Origin: an uncultured Clostridia bacterium
Lineage (GTDB): Bacteria; Bacillota; Clostridia; TANB77; CAG-508
DNA length: 64,000 nt
Direction of reading: 5' to 3'
Assembly (NCBI GenBank): GCA_947167965.1
Contig: CAMVJW010000005.1
Coordinates: 56,635 to 120,634, forward strand
Shown one piece after another: positions 49,601 through 60,039 of this stretch. The notes under the pieces were generated by a model. It searched no databases. It was not told where the DNA came from and saw only the letters and a program-made list of their open reading frames with translations. The position numbers were made by a program, and so were the translations under genes. Numbering within the stretch: position 1 is the stretch's first letter; each line of letters begins with the position of its first letter.

Positions 49601-50206
49601 ATGTTAGCATATATAAAAGGAATATTAGAAACAAAAACAAGGGGATATGTTGTAATTGATGTAGGTGGACTTGGATATAAAGTTTTTATGTCAGATTTAG
49701 CAATGGAAAATGTGGGAAAAATAGGAGATATTGTAAAAGTACATACTTATTATAGAGTAATGGAAGATGACATAAGCATATTTGGATTTAACACTGCAGA
49801 AGAATTAAGATTATTTGAATTATTAATATCGGTAGGGGGAATTGGAGCTAAAACAGCAATTAATATGTTAGGAGCAATAGAACCAGAAGATTTTGCTATT
49901 GCAATAATTACAGAGGATATAAATACACTAAAAAAACTTCCAGGTATCGGAGCAAAAACAGCGGGAAGAATAGTTTTAGAACTAAAGGATAAGTTAAAGA
50001 AAGAAAGACAAGTTGAAGAATTAACAAATGCAACTAAACAAATTATAAATATTAAAAAAGATGAAAAATTTGATGAAGCATATACTGCGCTTCAAGTATT
50101 AGGATACAATAATAAAGAAATAGAAAAAGTAATTCAAAAATTAGATGCTTCATTAAGTTTAGAGGAACTTATAAGAGAAGGCATAAAAGAATTATCAAAA
50201 AGATAG
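49601..50206 (+). CDS. ruvA: Holliday junction DNA helicase subunit RuvA
   Basis: Starts 'MLAYIKGIL..', 'GLGYKVFMS', and has tandem HhH motifs 'LISVGGIGAKTA' and 'LKKLPGIGAKTAGRIVLEL'. Confidence 0.9.
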   Translation: MLAYIKGILETKTRGYVVIDVGGLGYKVFMSDLAMENVGKIGDIVKVHTYYRVMEDDISIFGFNTAEELRLFELLISVGGIGAKTAINMLGAIEPEDFAIAIITEDINTLKKLPGIGAKTAGRIVLELKDKLKKERQVEELTNATKQIINIKKDEKFDEAYTALQVLGYNNKEIEKVIQKLDASLSLEELIREGIKELSKR

Positions 50207-50230
50207 AGTAATAAAGGAGAGCAAAATTAA

Positions 50231-51352
<1,122 letters not shown>

Positions 51353-51368
51353 AAAGAGAGGTTTTTAA

Positions 51369-52760
51369 ATGAATTTTGTAGATAGCGAAAAAATGAGGAA
51401 AGAGAGAGAAAAGAATAAAAAATTAAAAAAAATAATATTGATATCAATGATAGCATTAACAGTGTTAATTATAGGACTAGCAATTTTAATTGTTTTTTTA
51501 GTTAGAAATCCAAACGAAATAGTAACATATATAGATGGACAAAAGATAAAAGGATTTAACCAAATATTAGATATTCAAACAGATGAAAATGGAAAAACTC
51601 AAATATATATTAAAATTAGAGATTTTGCAGCATATTTAAATAAAGTCGACAGTACTTTTGAATATAAAACATATAAAGGAGACTATTTTCCAAAAACTGA
51701 AGATGAAAACAAATGTTATATTATTAGAAACGAATTTGAGGTTGCTATTTTTACTGCTAAATCAAATACTATATATAAATTAAATTTACAGAAAGATAAT
51801 TCAGAATATGAAGAACATATCATTGAGAAACCTTCTTTTTTAAATAATGGAGATTTATATACATCAGTAGAAGGAATAGAAAAAGGGTATAATGTAAGAT
51901 TTATTTTTGATGAAAAAACAAAAACAATTAGAATATTTACATTGGACACTTTGATTCAAAGCTACTCATCCGATATTGCTAGTAAAAATTTAGCAAACTA
52001 TGGTACATTGGAGATTGATGAAGATAATCATAACAATTGGAAAACTGTATTTGAACAAATGCTGGTTGTAAGAACATCAGAAAAAAAATATGGAATACTA
52101 AAAACAGATTATTCTGAATTTATCTTAGAACCACAATATGATGATATAGAATATATAAGCTCTTCAAAAACCTTTTTGGTAAAAAGTAATAATAAGGTTG
52201 GATTATTCTCAAAGGAAGGAAAACGTAAAATTAATATGATTTATGAAGAAATGTATTCAATGGGAAAAGAATCCAATTTATACAGAGTTAGAATTAATAA
52301 ACAATATGGAGTAGTTGATGAAAACGGACAAAATGTGATATATCCTCAATATTCAAACATAGGAATAGACATAAGTGATTACTCATTTAATAACATAAAA
52401 AATGGATATATTTTATTAGATGATCTTATTCCTGTAAAACAAGACAGAAAATGGGGATTTTACAGCATTAAGAATAAAAAATTTGTAACTAATGGATTTA
52501 TATATACAAATATAGGATGTCAATCTGTAAAAAGTGGAAGCAATATTTACCCTGCAATGATAATTCCAGAATGTGACGTAATTGTAGTTGGAGATGAGCT
52601 AAATAAATATTGGCTTATGGATAAAACCGGAAACGATGATATTATTCCACACGTGCTAGAACAAATTTATTTACATTTAGATAATGGAAAAGCAAATTAT
52701 TACATGGTTTATAATGAAAGAGAAAGTAATATTGTATCATACCTTAATAATAGAAAATAA
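51369..52760 (+). CDS. WG-repeat (KWG-type) protein with N-terminal TM anchor
   Basis: Has repeated '(K/Q)(Y/W)G(I/V/F)..' units: KYGILKTD, KVGLFSKEG, QYGVVDENG and KWGFYSIKN. Confidence 0.7.
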   Translation: MNFVDSEKMRKEREKNKKLKKIILISMIALTVLIIGLAILIVFLVRNPNEIVTYIDGQKIKGFNQILDIQTDENGKTQIYIKIRDFAAYLNKVDSTFEYKTYKGDYFPKTEDENKCYIIRNEFEVAIFTAKSNTIYKLNLQKDNSEYEEHIIEKPSFLNNGDLYTSVEGIEKGYNVRFIFDEKTKTIRIFTLDTLIQSYSSDIASKNLANYGTLEIDEDNHNNWKTVFEQMLVVRTSEKKYGILKTDYSEFILEPQYDDIEYISSSKTFLVKSNNKVGLFSKEGKRKINMIYEEMYSMGKESNLYRVRINKQYGVVDENGQNVIYPQYSNIGIDISDYSFNNIKNGYILLDDLIPVKQDRKWGFYSIKNKKFVTNGFIYTNIGCQSVKSGSNIYPAMIIPECDVIVVGDELNKYWLMDKTGNDDIIPHVLEQIYLHLDNGKANYYMVYNERESNIVSYLNNRK

Positions 52761-52814
52761 AGAGTTCTAAAAAATAATTTCTTTCATATACATATATTAA
52801 AGGAGGATGTATAT

Positions 52815-53027
52815 ATGAAAGAAATTTTTTTTGGAAAAAAGTATTGTTGTTATTTATCAAAAAATGAAAGTAAAGTAAAAAAATGGACAAGCAGTGTAAA
52901 AAAATTTTTTTTAAGCAACAGATTTGTTTTATCTATGATATTTATTATTATCAGTTGTTTTAGCATGAATATTTGGCTTATACACAAGTTTATTAGTATT
53001 TTACAGTTTTCAAGCAAAATGTATTAA
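52815..53027 (+). CDS. Possible small membrane protein (70 aa); doubtful
   Basis: There is a good RBS (aaaggagg, 8-nt spacing). However, the RBS sits in the loop and the ATG in the 3' arm of a terminator-like hairpin. Confidence 0.3.
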   Translation: MKEIFFGKKYCCYLSKNESKVKKWTSSVKKFFLSNRFVLSMIFIIISCFSMNIWLIHKFISILQFSSKMY

Positions 53028-53122
53028 TATTTAGTAAAAAATAAATCCTTAGAATTATGCAATATCTTTTATTGACAACTCAACAAATGCTGATATAATA
53101 TAGGAAAAAATAGGAGAAAAAA

Positions 53123-53989
53123 ATGATTTTAGCAAATAAATGGAATGATTATAAAATAATAGATATGGCAAATGGCCAAAAACTAGAAAAATGGGGTAAA
53201 TTTATATTAAGCAGACCAGATCCACAAATTATTTGGAATAACAAAACTTATCCGGAAAAATGGGATAAAGCAGATGCTGTTTACAGCAGATCAAAAACCG
53301 GAGGGGGTTCTTGGAAATACAACAAAAAATTACCAGATAATTGGAAAATACAATACAAAGAATTAGTTTTTAATATAAAACCAATGGGATTTAAACATAC
53401 AGGTTTATTTCCAGAACAAGCAGTTAACTGGGATTGGATGATAGAAAAAATTACTAAAGCTAATAGGCCAATAAAAGTTTTAAATTTATTTGCATATACT
53501 GGAGGTGCAAGTGTAGCATGCCTTTATGCAGGTGCAGAAGTATGTCATGTAGATAGTTCAAAAGGCATGGTACAATGGGCAAAAGAAAATGTACAAAGTT
53601 CAGGTTTAGCAGATAAAAAGATAAGATATATAGTAGATGATGTTAATAAATTTGTTCAAAGAGAAATAAGAAGAAATAATAAGTATGATGCAATTATTAT
53701 GGATCCACCATCATATGGAAGAGGAGCAAAAGGAGAAGTATGGCAATTTGAAAACAATATTTATGATTTGGTAGAATTGTGTGAAAAGGTATTGTCAGAT
53801 AATCCACTATTCTTTTTAATAAACTCTTATACAACTGGAATATCTAGTAGTGTACTTGGAAATATTTTGAATTTATGTATTAATAAGAAAAATAATGGAA
53901 ATGTAACATCAGGAGAAATAGGACTTCCTATGGAAAATTCTAAATTAGTATTACCATGTGGAATATATGGAAGATGGGAAAATAAATAA
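53123..53989 (+). CDS. Class I SAM-dependent methyltransferase (RlmI/YcbY-like rRNA methyltransferase domain)
   Basis: Has 'VLNLFAYTGGASVA' (motif I) and 'AIIMDPPSYGRG' (motif IV, DPPxY/F). Confidence 0.75.
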   Translation: MILANKWNDYKIIDMANGQKLEKWGKFILSRPDPQIIWNNKTYPEKWDKADAVYSRSKTGGGSWKYNKKLPDNWKIQYKELVFNIKPMGFKHTGLFPEQAVNWDWMIEKITKANRPIKVLNLFAYTGGASVACLYAGAEVCHVDSSKGMVQWAKENVQSSGLADKKIRYIVDDVNKFVQREIRRNNKYDAIIMDPPSYGRGAKGEVWQFENNIYDLVELCEKVLSDNPLFFLINSYTTGISSSVLGNILNLCINKKNNGNVTSGEIGLPMENSKLVLPCGIYGRWENK

Positions 53990-54011
53990 TAAAAAAGGTA
54001 GGGGAATTTAA

Positions 54012-54689
54012 GTGGAAGTATTATACGAAGATAATCACATAATAGTAGTTGTGAAACCTCAAAATATTCCATCACAATCAGATAAATCAGGGGATATAGA
54101 TTTATTAACTATGGTAAAAGAATATGTAAAAATCAAATACAATAAAAAAGGAGAGGCTTATATTGGGCTTGTTCATAGGCTAGATAGACCAGTAGGTGGA
54201 ATAATGGTATTTGCTAGAACTTCAAAAGCAGCTTCAAGATTAAGTGAAAAAATTAGAAATAAAGAATTTAAAAAGACATATCTTGCAATGGTAGATGGTA
54301 AATTTGATGAAAAAGATGGGGTTCTAGAAGATTATTTATATAAAGATGAAAGAAATAATATTTCAAAGGTTGTAAGTAAAGAAAAAAAGAATTCTAAACT
54401 TGCTAAGCTAAATTATAAAGTTATAGATTATGATGAAAGAAGTGATTTAAGTTTAGTAAAGATTAATTTAGAAACAGGAAGACACCATCAAATAAGAGTT
54501 CAAATGGCAAATTGTGGGCATTCATTATATGGAGATCAAAAATATGGTGTTAGAGGAAAACGAAAAAAAATAAGACTATGGGCATATAAGGTAGAGTTTA
54601 TGCACCCAGTAAAAAATGAAAACATGGTATTTATTAATTTTCCAGAATGGGTTGATGAAGGCATTTTAGAAAAAGATTTACAAGATTAA
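54012..54689 (+). CDS. RluA-family pseudouridine synthase
   Basis: GTG start. Has 'VHRLDRPVGGIMVFA' (catalytic Asp) and 'LETGRHHQIRVQ'. Confidence 0.88.
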   Translation: MEVLYEDNHIIVVVKPQNIPSQSDKSGDIDLLTMVKEYVKIKYNKKGEAYIGLVHRLDRPVGGIMVFARTSKAASRLSEKIRNKEFKKTYLAMVDGKFDEKDGVLEDYLYKDERNNISKVVSKEKKNSKLAKLNYKVIDYDERSDLSLVKINLETGRHHQIRVQMANCGHSLYGDQKYGVRGKRKKIRLWAYKVEFMHPVKNENMVFINFPEWVDEGILEKDLQD

Positions 54690-54722
54690 ATAAAAAAACT
54701 ATAAAACTTTATGTTATTTTGG

Positions 54723-54751
54723 TTGACAAATTACAAAAAAGAATGTATAAT
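54723..54751 (+). promoter_or_regulatory. Consensus SigA promoter for rpmF-secG
   Basis: TTGACA (54723-54728), 17-nt spacer, TGtTATAAT extended -10 (TATAAT at 54746-54751). Confidence 0.7.
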
Positions 54752-54826
54752 CTTATGGTATGATTTTAAAAACAGTTAATTATGGAAAATAATACATAAA
54801 AGAGTTAACAAGAGGAGGGATTAATA

Positions 54827-55015
54827 ATGGCACAACCAAAAAGAAGATGGTCAAAACAAAGAACACATACAAAACGTTCAACATGGAAATTGGAAGCTCC
54901 AAAATACGCAAAATGCCCAAATTGTGGAGAACCAGTATTACCACACACACTTTGTTCAAATTGTGGATACTATGATGGAAAACAAATCATAGAAAAAAAA
55001 GAAAATAACGACTAA
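54827..55015 (+). CDS. rpmF: 50S ribosomal protein L32
   Basis: Has 'MAQPKRRWSKQRT..' and 'CPNCGEPVLPHTLCSNCGYY'. Confidence 0.92.
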   Translation: MAQPKRRWSKQRTHTKRSTWKLEAPKYAKCPNCGEPVLPHTLCSNCGYYDGKQIIEKKENND

Positions 55016-55035
55016 TCCCTAAGGAGGAAAAATAA

Positions 55036-55287
55036 ATGCAAATAGTAAAAGGTATATTAATTGTTGTTTATTTTATAGTATGTTTAGCTATAGTTATTTT
55101 GGCAATGATTCAATCAAAAGAAGATCCAGGTTTATCTTCTACTATTACAGGTTCATCTACAAATAACTTTTTTGAAAAAAATAAAGCTCAAACAAAAGAA
55201 GGAAAACAAAAAAAATGGACAATTATTTTAGGAATTGTTTTAGTAATACTATCTATTGCTTTAGGGGCATTATACACAATTAAATAG
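55036..55287 (+). CDS. secG: Preprotein translocase subunit SecG
   Basis: Two TM helices flank 'IQSKEDPGLSSTITGSS', the SecG signature region. Confidence 0.8.
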   Translation: MQIVKGILIVVYFIVCLAIVILAMIQSKEDPGLSSTITGSSTNNFFEKNKAQTKEGKQKKWTIILGIVLVILSIALGALYTIK

Positions 55288-55312
55288 TATAATAAAAATT
55301 TGAGTAGTAAGG

Positions 55313-55555
55313 CTACTCTTTTTTTATTTTATCAATAATAAACCCACAAATAATAAATTCAATAATAAAGTATAAAGAAATTTTCAAAATAAATAAACCT
55401 AGTGAATAGAAAAATATTATATGTAAAAAGAATAAATAATTAAAAAGAATTATAGTTGCAATAATAATAAATAAAAAGCAAGTATTAATTCCATATTTCA
55501 TAATTTTTAAACTTTGTTTATCTAAATTATTAAATAATAAAATTAGTTTATTCAT
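55313..55555 (-). CDS. Hypothetical small membrane protein
   Basis: An 80-aa hydrophobic ORF with no recognisable motifs. Confidence 0.35.
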   Translation of the reverse strand: MNKLILLFNNLDKQSLKIMKYGINTCFLFIIIATIILFNYLFFLHIIFFYSLGLFILKISLYFIIEFIICGFIIDKIKKE

Positions 55556-55672
55556 AAGCTATCTTAACTCCATATATATACTTAAATATATGTTAACATA
55601 ATATCAAAAGATAATCAAAGGAAATAATTAACAATTAAAGAATGTGTAAAAACTTGAGAGGAGAAACAATTT

Positions 55673-56161
55673 ATGAAATTAAATATATTAAGAGCTATAT
55701 TAATAGTTATGCTAATATTTACATTAAATATTATATTTAGTTTTTCAAATCAAAATGGTACAGATTCTGGAAGTCTTAGTAAAAAAATCACAAAAATACT
55801 AACTGATAAAATAGAATATATTCAAAAAATGGAGAATTCAAATAAAGAAAAATGTTTGAAAAAGATAGAACATGTAGTAAGAAAACTAGCCCATTTTTCA
55901 ATATATGCTTTGTGTGGAATTCTACTAATAAGTTTAATGCTCACATTTAAAATAAAAAATTTATTAAGAATAGGTATAAGTTTTAGTTTAGGTCTAATTT
56001 ATGCAATATCTGATGAAATTCATCAATCATTTATTCCTGGAAGAGCTGCACAAGCAACTGATGTACTAATAGATACTTTAGGAGTAATTTTTGGAATATT
56101 TTTAGTACTAATAATATATAGGTTAATAAAAAAACAAAAACATAAAACACAAAAAACATAA
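55673..56161 (+). CDS. VanZ-family membrane protein
   Basis: Has 'KLAHFSIYAL' and 'DEIHQSFIPGRAAQATDVLIDTLG'. Confidence 0.8.
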   Translation: MKLNILRAILIVMLIFTLNIIFSFSNQNGTDSGSLSKKITKILTDKIEYIQKMENSNKEKCLKKIEHVVRKLAHFSIYALCGILLISLMLTFKIKNLLRIGISFSLGLIYAISDEIHQSFIPGRAAQATDVLIDTLGVIFGIFLVLIIYRLIKKQKHKTQKT

Positions 56162-56271
56162 AACTACTTGACATAATCTGAAAAATAATATATTATAATA
56201 TCATTAAATTCATATTTGTTTTGGTAATTTTAATAGTTTTAAATTTTTAACTCCTAAATATAGGAGGTTTT

Positions 56272-59200
56272 ATGTCAAAGATTTTAAAAAAAATAATTCT
56301 AATTTTATTAGTTTCTATTTTGCTTTTATCAAATTGTTTTAATACAGTAATGGCAGCATTTGAAATATCAGATGCATATATTCAAAAAATAGGAGAAGCT
56401 CCATATCATTTAAAATACTATCAAGAAGCAAAAGGAATGGATACTTATGCAATTTGTAGCATAGTTGGTTATTATAAAGATGGTAACTTTTATCCTGCAT
56501 ATTGTTTAAATAGAGATTTACATGGAGTTGGAGCAGTTGATAATTACTCTGTAGATATAGATTCTTTAATAGATGATAATCAGGTTTGGAGAGTAGTTAA
56601 AAATGGATATCCATATAAAACTGCATCTGAAATGGGAGTATGGTCTGATTTTGATGCATTTGCTGTAACTAAATTTGCGGTATATTGTGTTACTGGACAA
56701 GCTGATATTAATTTATATTCAGCAGATGATGGTGATGCAGAAGGACAAGCAATGCTACAAGCTTTGCACAATTTAGTAGATATTGGTTTATATGGAACAG
56801 ATACATTTAATGAGGAAATAAAAATAAACAAATATTCAGAATTTATAGAAGATGGAGATTATTATTCAGTTCTTTATAATGTAAGTGCTAAAAATTCAAT
56901 ATCAGAGTATAAAATAGAAAAAATAGAAGGTTTAAATAATGGAGATTTAATTACAGATGAAAATGGAAATGTAAAAACAATTTTTAATAATAATGAAAAT
57001 TTTAAAGTCAAAATTTTAAAATCAAATTTAAATTCAGATAAAAATATAAATATTAATATTTCAGCTAAATTAAAATCATATCCAATTTTTTATGGAAAAA
57101 CTAGAATACAAGGAACTCAAAATTATTTACTAACTGCTAATGAATACAATAATATTAATAAAAATGTAAATTTAAAATTAAAGCTTAATACTGGAAAAAT
57201 TCAAATAGTAAAAACAGATGAGGAGACAAAAGAAGGAATCGAAGGAGTTGAATTTGAACTATTTAACTCTAATAATAAATCTGTAGGTAAAGCTGTAACT
57301 AATAAAGAAGGAAAAGCTTATTTTTCAAATTTATATCAAGGAAAATACTATCTAAAGGAAACAAAGACAAATGAAAAATATGTATTAGATGAAAATAAAA
57401 AATATGATGTTAATGTAAATTATAATAAAACATCTACTATAAATATAGAAAATGAGCATAAAAAAGGAAATATAACTATTTCAAAAATTGATAAAGATAA
57501 TAAAGAAATTGCATTAGGAAATGTAGGATTTGAATTATATAATACTGATACATCAAAACTTATAGGAACATATTATACAAATCAAGATGGTGAAATAAAA
57601 ATATCAAATTTAAGAATTGGAAATTATAAAATTAAAGAAATATCGACTAATCAATGGTATAACTTAGCAGATGATAAAAATGTAAAAGTTACTTGGAACA
57701 AGACTAATAAAGTTACAATTGAAAATGAATTAAAAAAAGGTCAAATTAGGGTAATTAAAGTTGATAAGGATAATAATGAAATTAAACTTAAAGGTGTCAA
57801 ATTTGAAGTAAAAGATACTAAAGGAAATGTATTAGAAACAATTACTACAGATGAAAAGGGGGAAGCTTTAACATCAAAATATGCATTAAGGGATTATAAT
57901 AGTATAATAATTCATGAAATAGAAACTAATAAAAATTACAAATTAAATGAAAATATTTCAGAAATTAAACTAGAAGAAAATCAAATTAAAAGTATTAAAT
58001 TTGAAAATGAAAAAAAGAAAGGTCAGATTAAAGTAATTAAAGTAGATAAGGATAATCACGAGACAAAAATACCAAATGTAAAATTTAATGTAATGGATGA
58101 ACAAGGAAACATTATAGAAAGTATAATTACAAATAATGATGGAGAGGCAATAACAAAACTATTACCAATTGATAAAGAATATAAGATTCAAGAGATAGAA
58201 ACAAATGAAATATATAAATTAAGTGATGAAGTAAAAACTGTCAAACTTGAAGAAAATCAAATAAAAAACATTGAATTTGAAAACGAAAAAAAGAAGGGAC
58301 AAATAAAAGTAATAAAGGTTGACAAAGAAAATCATGAAGTAAAACTTAAAGATGTTGAATTTGAAGTGTTAAATGAACAAGGGTTATTTGTAGAAAAATT
58401 AGTTACAGATGATAATGGAGAAGCAATAAGTAGTCTATTACCAATTGATCAAAATTATATTTTAAAAGAAAACAAAACAGGAGAAAATTATGTTTTAAGT
58501 GAGGAACCTCAAACAGTAGAAATAGAAGAAAATCAAATAAAAAATATAGTATTTGAAAATGAAAAAATTAAGGGAAAAATAAAAATTATAAAAACCGCAG
58601 ATAAAGATTCTACTATATCTGGAATAAAACAAGGGGACCCAATAGAGGGTGTAAAATTTGAAATATATGATAGACAAAATAATTTAGTAGATACAGTAAC
58701 TACTAATAATGAAGGAATTGCTTATACAAAAAGCCTAGATAAAGGAATTTATAATATAAAAGAGATAGAAACTAATGAATATTTCTTATTAGATGAAAAG
58801 ATTCAAACTGTTAGAATTACTAAAAATAATGAAATAACTACAATAAATCTTAGAAATAAGCCTGCTACTCCAGATGAAGAAATTAAAAAAACAGGACCTA
58901 ATGTAGCAACAGCAAATGAAGAAATTGAATATAATATAGAAATCAAAAATACTGGAAATGTAGATTTAGACAATTTTACATGGGAAGATGAAGTACCAAC
59001 TGATTATATAAGAATTACAAAAATAAATTTAGGAACATTTAATCAAGAAAACAAGTACAATTTGTATTATAAAACAAATCTTAATGATGAATATGTATTA
59101 TTATTAGAAAACATTAGTACGAAAAACAGTGAAGTAATAGACTTAAAAAAAGAATTAGCTGATAATGAATATATTACAAATTTAAAATTAGAATTTGGAA

Positions 59201-59388
59201 CTGTGGAAAAAGGATTTCAAACAGAAAATACAACTAAATTATATGCCATAGTAAATGATGGAGTGGCAAATAACAGTGAATTTGAAAATAAAGTTAATTT
59301 AAAATCAAATTATAAAGGATATAATTTAGAAAAAACTTCAAAATGGAAGACAAAAATATATAAAATATTACCACTTACAGGGATGTAA
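56272..59388 (+). CDS. Surface adhesin-like protein: signal peptide, thioester-domain-like N-terminus, ~7 Cna-B/SpaA-type repeats, DUF11-like domain, and C-terminal LPLTG followed directly by a stop
   Basis: Has the signal peptide 'ILILLVSILLLSNCFNTVMA'. The TED-like motifs are 'PAYCLN', 'VKNGYPY' and 'VTKFAVY'. Repeated 'KKGQIKVIKVDKDNHE..V.F.V.....G..' units are present. The protein ends ..KILPLTGM*. Confidence 0.85.
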   Translation: MSKILKKIILILLVSILLLSNCFNTVMAAFEISDAYIQKIGEAPYHLKYYQEAKGMDTYAICSIVGYYKDGNFYPAYCLNRDLHGVGAVDNYSVDIDSLIDDNQVWRVVKNGYPYKTASEMGVWSDFDAFAVTKFAVYCVTGQADINLYSADDGDAEGQAMLQALHNLVDIGLYGTDTFNEEIKINKYSEFIEDGDYYSVLYNVSAKNSISEYKIEKIEGLNNGDLITDENGNVKTIFNNNENFKVKILKSNLNSDKNININISAKLKSYPIFYGKTRIQGTQNYLLTANEYNNINKNVNLKLKLNTGKIQIVKTDEETKEGIEGVEFELFNSNNKSVGKAVTNKEGKAYFSNLYQGKYYLKETKTNEKYVLDENKKYDVNVNYNKTSTINIENEHKKGNITISKIDKDNKEIALGNVGFELYNTDTSKLIGTYYTNQDGEIKISNLRIGNYKIKEISTNQWYNLADDKNVKVTWNKTNKVTIENELKKGQIRVIKVDKDNNEIKLKGVKFEVKDTKGNVLETITTDEKGEALTSKYALRDYNSIIIHEIETNKNYKLNENISEIKLEENQIKSIKFENEKKKGQIKVIKVDKDNHETKIPNVKFNVMDEQGNIIESIITNNDGEAITKLLPIDKEYKIQEIETNEIYKLSDEVKTVKLEENQIKNIEFENEKKKGQIKVIKVDKENHEVKLKDVEFEVLNEQGLFVEKLVTDDNGEAISSLLPIDQNYILKENKTGENYVLSEEPQTVEIEENQIKNIVFENEKIKGKIKIIKTADKDSTISGIKQGDPIEGVKFEIYDRQNNLVDTVTTNNEGIAYTKSLDKGIYNIKEIETNEYFLLDEKIQTVRITKNNEITTINLRNKPATPDEEIKKTGPNVATANEEIEYNIEIKNTGNVDLDNFTWEDEVPTDYIRITKINLGTFNQENKYNLYYKTNLNDEYVLLLENISTKNSEVIDLKKELADNEYITNLKLEFGTVEKGFQTENTTKLYAIVNDGVANNSEFENKVNLKSNYKGYNLEKTSKWKTKIYKILPLTGM
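57721..58554 (+). repeat. Three tandem ~276-282-bp coding repeats (Cna-B-type domains), flanked by more diverged copies
   Basis: Units start at 57721, 58003 and 58279, and the next unit starts at 58555. Each begins ENE(L/K)KKGQI(R/K)VIKVDK.. and ends ..EENQIK(S/N)I(K/E/V)F. Confidence 0.85.
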
Positions 59389-59416
59389 AAAATATGAATA
59401 AATTTTTTAATTAATA

Positions 59417-59446
59417 TTGACAATTGAACATCTATTCAACTATACT
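59417..59446 (+). promoter_or_regulatory. SigA-type promoter with an embedded ArsR/CadC-type palindromic operator
   Basis: TTGACA (59417-59422), 18-nt spacer, TATACT (59441-59446). The inverted repeat TTGAA-N6-TTCAA (59424-59439) lies in the spacer. Confidence 0.6.
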
Positions 59447-59566
59447 ATAAATAGTTTAATAGATATTCTTTTTTATATATTTGAAAATTTGTTTATTTTT
59501 ATACTCTAGGAAAGTCATCGTTGAAAACGATAGACTTGACGTAGAGGATAAATATGGCGGAAGATA

Positions 59567-59613
59567 GATTTTGTAGCATTTACAATGCGTACAAAATCTT
59601 GGTTTCGGTTTTT
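59567..59613 (+). terminator. Terminator-like hairpin inside the leader upstream of cadC
   Basis: gattttgtagcatt-(tac)-aatgcgtacaaaatc forms a 14-bp stem with one bulged G, followed by ttggtttcggttttt. Confidence 0.5.
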
Positions 59614-59658
59614 AATATATAAAATGAGTTTTATAACTAAAGCTAAAAGGAGGTAGTA

Positions 59659-60039
59659 ATGTCTAAAAATGAATATATTTGTGACTGCAATGTAATACAT
59701 CAAGATGTTGTACAAGATACAATAAAAAAAATGGCGGATAAAGATTTATTGATTGATTTATCAGAATTTTTTAAAGTATTAGGAGATACAACAAGAACAA
59801 AAATATTATATGCATTAGACCAAAATGAAATGTGTGTATGTGATATAGCAAATGTTCTAGGTATGACAAAATCATCTATTTCACATCAGCTACGTACTTT
59901 AAAAGAAAATGGAATTGTAAAAAGTAAAAAAAGTGGTAAAGAAGTTTTTTATATGCTAGATGATGAACATGTAAAACAAGTATTTGAAATTGGAATTGCT
60001 CATATTGAGCATAGAAGGAGGAACAATAATGAGATATAA
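59659..60039 (+). CDS. cadC: ArsR/SmtB-family metalloregulator (CadC-like)
   Basis: Has 'FKVLGDTTRTKILYAL', 'EMCVCDIANVLGMTKSSISHQLRTLKENGIV' and an N-terminal 'CDC'. Confidence 0.85.
   Translation: MSKNEYICDCNVIHQDVVQDTIKKMADKDLLIDLSEFFKVLGDTTRTKILYALDQNEMCVCDIANVLGMTKSSISHQLRTLKENGIVKSKKSGKEVFYMLDDEHVKQVFEIGIAHIEHRRRNNNEI

Noticed and set aside
59515-59715. Minus-strand 66-aa ORF in the cadC leader
   Set aside because: It has no RBS, overlaps the cadC start, and its sequence is better explained by plus-strand RNA hairpins.
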